This document shows positions 60,120 through 64,000 of a stretch of 64,000 bases of DNA, one piece after another. Numbering within the stretch: position 1 is the stretch's first letter; every line of letters begins with the position of its first letter. This DNA is from an uncultured Chloroflexia bacterium (GTDB taxonomy: Bacteria > Chloroflexota > Limnocylindria > Limnocylindrales > CSP1-4). The stretch is taken from contig CAWEZH010000002.1 of NCBI GenBank assembly GCA_963813535.1, positions 192,001-256,000 on the forward strand, written 5' to 3'. Below the pieces are notes generated by a model, which was given only the letters and a program-made list of their open reading frames with translations, was not told the DNA's origin and did not search any database. Made by a program: the position numbers and the translations under genes.

Positions 60120-60992
60120 TCAGGTGGAATCGAAGCTCCACTGATCGATATCGATCACTGGCTCGAAGCCGATGGCCTGGTAGATCTTGTTCGAGGTCGG
60201 ATTCGTGATGTCCGTGAACAGGAACACGAACCGGCGACCCGCATCGAGCTGTGCCTGGCTCGCGGCCGCGGTCACAGCGCTCCCGAATCCATGGCCGCGG
60301 TCAGCCGGCGGCGTGTAGACCGGACCGACCCGGATGCCGTGCGGTGTCGGGCCGGTGACACCGGCCATCGAGACCGGCCGGCCATCGTGTTCCCAGAGGT
60401 AGAAGAGCCGCGTGCCGCTCCGCAGCGCGCCGTCGACGATCTCCGCCGGCTCCCACGGATCGTCGCGGTCGAGCGCCTCGCGCAGGAACGCGTCGGACCA
60501 GGCGATCAGCAGATCCCGATCGGCGGGGGTGGCGACGCGGGTCCCACCGGAGACGCCGACCGGTGGCGTAACGCGCTCCAGGCGGTAGATCCGCTCGGCC
60601 ATCGTGCGCTCGGCGAGCTGGCCACGTGGCTCGGCCCACGCGGCTGCGAATGCGCGGGCCATCTCGACAGGGGCGGTCACGCCGGGAACATGGACGCGGC
60701 CCTGCCCGAGGTCGGCGGCCAGTGCCTGGACCGCCTTGGGATCGCCGGTCCATGACAGGACCACGTTGAACGGCGGCGTCATGAGGGCCGCCGCGACGAC
60801 GTCGCCGTTCCTTCGGACCGCGGCGAAGAACGGCGGCGCGGTCATCGGTCGTTCCGGATCCGCGATGAGGTTCGCCGCGATGCCGAACAGGAGGTTGTGC
60901 TCGGCCTCGCGTCGCTCGAGGAATGGTCCGGCCGTGTCGAGGAACGCCCGGGCGTCGGGCAGCCGTTCGACGCGGACGGTGGGCTCCGGCAC
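60120..60992 (-). CDS. GNAT family N-acetyltransferase
   Basis: RVGPVYTPPADRGHGFG, LFTDITNPTSNKIYQAIGF. Confidence 0.9.
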   Translation of the reverse strand: MPEPTVRVERLPDARAFLDTAGPFLERREAEHNLLFGIAANLIADPERPMTAPPFFAAVRRNGDVVAAALMTPPFNVVLSWTGDPKAVQALAADLGQGRVHVPGVTAPVEMARAFAAAWAEPRGQLAERTMAERIYRLERVTPPVGVSGGTRVATPADRDLLIAWSDAFLREALDRDDPWEPAEIVDGALRSGTRLFYLWEHDGRPVSMAGVTGPTPHGIRVGPVYTPPADRGHGFGSAVTAAASQAQLDAGRRFVFLFTDITNPTSNKIYQAIGFEPVIDIDQWSFDST

Positions 60993-61001
60993 CGGACGAG
61001 T

Positions 61002-62279
61002 CTACGCGGCGATGGCCGCCGGATCGGCCGTGGCGCCGGCCTGCCTGGCGGCGCGTTCCTTGCGCCACGCGGGGATGTAGAGGGGCGCCGCCATCGCGCA
61101 GATGACACCGCCGACGACCATCGCCGTCGAGACGCTCGTGCCGTCGGCCAGAGCGGCCAGGACGACGCCACCGAGGGCGCCGGCGGGTTGGGCCATCATC
61201 GAGTTGATCGAGAGCACGGTCGTCCGATGCGAGCCGTCGACCTGCCAGTGGAGCAATGTGGTGTGCATCGGGTTCGATGCTCCGTGGACCGTGTAGCAGG
61301 CCAGGTACGCGACCGCCACGCCGATCGGACCGGCGATCACACCCATCGCCACGATCGTGAGCCCCTGCGCGACGCGCAGGAGCGCCGCGGATCGCGCGAC
61401 ACCGATGCGTCGGCTCAGGATGACGACGCCAGCGGCGCCGGCGGCCGACAGGAACCACGCCGCCGAGCTGAGCGGTCCCATGATCGCGGCGGCCGCCTGC
61501 GTGCCGCCGACGAGCTCCGACATCCGGATCGGGAGGAGGCTCTCGAAGGTGACCATCGAGAAGCCCCAGAACAGCTCGACCAGCACGATCCCGAGCAGGA
61601 CACGCGACGACCGCAGCAGACCCAGGCCCTCGCCGATGATCGCCGGCACCGCGCGGATCGAGGCGACGACGGCTTCCGGGTGACGCGCGTGTGGCATCTC
61701 GGTCATCAGGGCGAAGACCGCGCCGAGGAGGAGTACCTGGACGACAAGCGCCACGAGCAGCGGTAGCAACAACGGATCGATCCCGGGCACCGGATGGAGC
61801 GCGACGAGTGCGCCGGATGCCAGGGCACCGAGGGCGATCCCGAGGCTCAACGCCGCCGTGCCACGACCCAGGCCATGCTGGATCTCGGCGGTCGGGTCGG
61901 CAGCCAGCGTCGCATCGACGTACCAAGCCTCGAGCGGGCCTGAGTCGAGCGCCCGGTAGATGCCCTGCAGCGCCATCGCCGCCGCAAACACCGCCGCCGT
62001 GTCGGCGATCGTGAACAGCCCCATCGACAGGATCGCGACGACCGAGGCGAGCAGAAGGACCGGCCGTCGCCCGAGCGCATCCGACAGCCCGCCGGTCGGC
62101 AGCTCGAGAGCGAGCACGACCAGGCCCTGGATCGCGAAGACGACGCCGATCTCCGTCAGGGACAGCCCGCGTGACAGCGGGATAAGCACGAAGATCGGGG
62201 CGAGGAGACCGACCGGCAGCCAACGCAGCGCCGTCAGCACGAGGAAGCGTCGGTAGGCTGCCCGCGGATCGAGTGTCAC
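61002..62279 (-). CDS. MFS transporter
   Basis: LELPTGGLSDALGRR, RALDSGPLEAWYVD, RTTVLSINS. Confidence 0.9.
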   Translation of the reverse strand: MTLDPRAAYRRFLVLTALRWLPVGLLAPIFVLIPLSRGLSLTEIGVVFAIQGLVVLALELPTGGLSDALGRRPVLLLASVVAILSMGLFTIADTAAVFAAAMALQGIYRALDSGPLEAWYVDATLAADPTAEIQHGLGRGTAALSLGIALGALASGALVALHPVPGIDPLLLPLLVALVVQVLLLGAVFALMTEMPHARHPEAVVASIRAVPAIIGEGLGLLRSSRVLLGIVLVELFWGFSMVTFESLLPIRMSELVGGTQAAAAIMGPLSSAAWFLSAAGAAGVVILSRRIGVARSAALLRVAQGLTIVAMGVIAGPIGVAVAYLACYTVHGASNPMHTTLLHWQVDGSHRTTVLSINSMMAQPAGALGGVVLAALADGTSVSTAMVVGGVICAMAAPLYIPAWRKERAARQAGATADPAAIAA

Positions 62280-62860
62280 GGACGCTCCCCGCCGTTCGAT
62301 GGCGTGACCGGGAACGTGTGGTGGTACACCGCCACCGGTCGGGCGTCGGGATCCTCAGGGTCCGGGTCCCGGTACCGATCCAACAGGGCGATCAACTCCG
62401 AATGCAACTCGGTGAGTCGGGCCGGGGAGAGCTGCAGCATCGCGTCACCGGACTCGGCGGCGGCGCGCCAGTCGATCGGCCAATCGGCCGCCTGGTCCAG
62501 CCAGCGCTCGTATCGGTCGGCGAACTCCTGGAGGTAGTGGCGCTTCAGCCAGTCGCTCGCGGCCTCGGCGTCCGGGTCACCGGCGACGTCCCGCTCCGTC
62601 CAGCCGTGGCTCGCCGTGCTGGCGCGCCACCAGCGCTCCCGGCCGCGACCCTCCTCGGTCTCGTCGACGAGGCCCACCGACGCCAACTTCCGCAGGTGAT
62701 AGCTGGTCGCCCCGGTATTGGTGCTGAGCGAGCGGGCGAGTGCGGTCGCCGTTGCGGGGCCGGCGGATCGCAGCGCCGTCAGCAGGCGGGATCGGAGCGG
62801 ATGGGCGAGTACGCGGAGGGCCCGCCGATCGAGCCGGAGGGTCGTGTAGGGGGTGGCCAT
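62276..62860 (-). CDS. ArsR/SmtB-like winged-helix regulator
   Basis: LRVLAHPLRSRLL..GPATATALA..GATSYHLRKLA..GRERWW; GTGA overlap with the MFS gene. Confidence 0.88.
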   Translation of the reverse strand: MATPYTTLRLDRRALRVLAHPLRSRLLTALRSAGPATATALARSLSTNTGATSYHLRKLASVGLVDETEEGRGRERWWRASTASHGWTERDVAGDPDAEAASDWLKRHYLQEFADRYERWLDQAADWPIDWRAAAESGDAMLQLSPARLTELHSELIALLDRYRDPDPEDPDARPVAVYHHTFPVTPSNGGERP

Positions 62861-62879
62861 GCCGTCGGCCACCGTAGCA

Positions 62880-62909
62880 TGCACAGAAGTTATGCACAAG
62901 TATTGTGCA
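62880..62909. promoter_or_regulatory. Tandem TGCA-ended palindromes (candidate ArsR operator)
   Basis: tgcacaa-gta-ttgtgca (62893-62909) overlapping tgcacagaagttatgca (62880-62896); AT-rich patch between divergent genes. Confidence 0.65.
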
Positions 62910-62958
62910 AGTGTCCGGCAGGCGGGTCGCGCTGCGGGACGCGGTAGAGTGCAGCCCC

Positions 62959-63969
62959 ATGATCCTGCGCATCGTGTTCGGTCGTTTCCCGTCCGATATC
63001 GACGCGAATGCCCTGGTCGAGGTGCGCGGACGGCTGGCACGCGCCGCGCGCGATGTCCCCGGGCTCGAGAGCCTCATCGTGGGCGCGCGTCGCTTGCCGA
63101 CGGCCGGTCCTGATGCGCCTGTCGAGGCGGCGATCGTGTCCGTCTGGCGCGACGTCACGTTGATGGCCCGCGCGACCGACGTCGGCGAGCAGGACCGCTT
63201 CCTGGGGACGCGCCTGCAACTCCCGCTCCAGGTCGACGCTGCCGTCCACTACGAGATCGTCGGTCGGACGTTCGGTGCGCTGCCACCGGACGAGGCCGCA
63301 TACCTGCGTCTCATCACGGTCCGAGCCCGGCCGAACGAGGAGGCGAGGCTGATCGAGACGCTGCGCAGCCAGCAGCCCAAGTTCGTCGACCTCGGCCTGG
63401 TGGCGTCCCACCTCGGCCGCCGCGTCATCGGGCCGGAATGCGAGGCGGTGACGGTCGGCGTCTGGCCAGACCGGGCGACCATCCGTCGAGCGACGGGCGG
63501 CCGACCGGAGCGACCGTTGTTCGAGAAGGACCTGGTCGACTGGGTCGACCGACTGCACCTCGAGACGTACGACGGGATCGAGATCGCACCGCGCCTGCCC
63601 GCCGCGAGTGGTCCGCCGATCTACATCATCGACGAGGACCTGCGGATCGTGGACATCACCGCTTCGGCCGCAGCGGCGATCGGTTGGCCGGCCGAGGACC
63701 TGGTCGGCACGTCGGTGCTCGATATCTCGCTCGCCGACCCCGAGTCGCGGGCCGAGCCGTGGGAGGCGTTGATCCAGACCGGTGAAGTCTCGGGCGAGGG
63801 CCCGTGGCTGGTGCCCGACGCCGGTGCCGTGTTCATCCGCTACCACGCCCTGCGCGATGTGCCCATCGTCGGCCGCCACGCGGTCCTCGTCCATCGATGG
63901 CACGAGCCCGCGCCGACGCGCGCCGACCTCGAATCGGCACTCGAGGAGGCGTTTCCCGCCCGGGGGTGA
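62959..63969 (+). CDS. Tandem ABM-like (dimeric alpha-beta barrel) domains plus C-terminal PAS domain
   Basis: Two units ending IVSVWRD and VTVGVWPD; PAS PIYIIDEDLRIVDITASAAAAIGWPAEDLVGTSVLDI. Confidence 0.6.
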   Translation: MILRIVFGRFPSDIDANALVEVRGRLARAARDVPGLESLIVGARRLPTAGPDAPVEAAIVSVWRDVTLMARATDVGEQDRFLGTRLQLPLQVDAAVHYEIVGRTFGALPPDEAAYLRLITVRARPNEEARLIETLRSQQPKFVDLGLVASHLGRRVIGPECEAVTVGVWPDRATIRRATGGRPERPLFEKDLVDWVDRLHLETYDGIEIAPRLPAASGPPIYIIDEDLRIVDITASAAAAIGWPAEDLVGTSVLDISLADPESRAEPWEALIQTGEVSGEGPWLVPDAGAVFIRYHALRDVPIVGRHAVLVHRWHEPAPTRADLESALEEAFPARG

Positions 63970-64000
63970 CAGCGCTCACGCAGCGGGCCCGTCGCCACGG

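Noticed and set aside
60301-62223. Long Arg/Pro/Gly-rich alternative-frame ORFs (also 26310-28094, 52219-53823 and others)
   Set aside because: Shadow ORFs typical of high-GC DNA overlapping well-supported genes

Overview
High-GC (about 70% by eye) bacterial chromosomal window. Gene content and pervasive leaderless promoters suggest a Chloroflexota (Limnocylindria-like) or actinobacterial-type soil organism; this is an inference. About 60 coding regions are present, many broken by single-base frameshifts, most likely long-read assembly indels. Contents: amine/amino-acid oxidoreductases, a decayed 2.7-6.7 kb segment, an atypical cytochrome P450, two ECF sigma/anti-sigma pairs (one anti-sigma carries a near-exact 705-bp internal duplication), a ~2,270-aa secreted double glycoside hydrolase, two toxin-antitoxin modules bracketing an ABC transporter plus two-component system, ettA, efeUOB, a UvrD-HRDC helicase and several MFS transporters. 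Most notable: (1) an HTH-XRE + PD-(D/E)XK-like gene (55154-55804) flanked on both sides by GGAAC-core palindromes, with an orphan cluster of the same palindromes 15 kb away (40787-40923), resembling a REP/RAYT-like system with a non-HUH nuclease; (2) a stand-alone FtsZ paralogue with an N-terminal transmembrane helix and intact GTPase and C-terminal motifs; (3) a tandem ABM-like + PAS protein. No rRNA, tRNA, CRISPR array, integrase or transposase was recognised.
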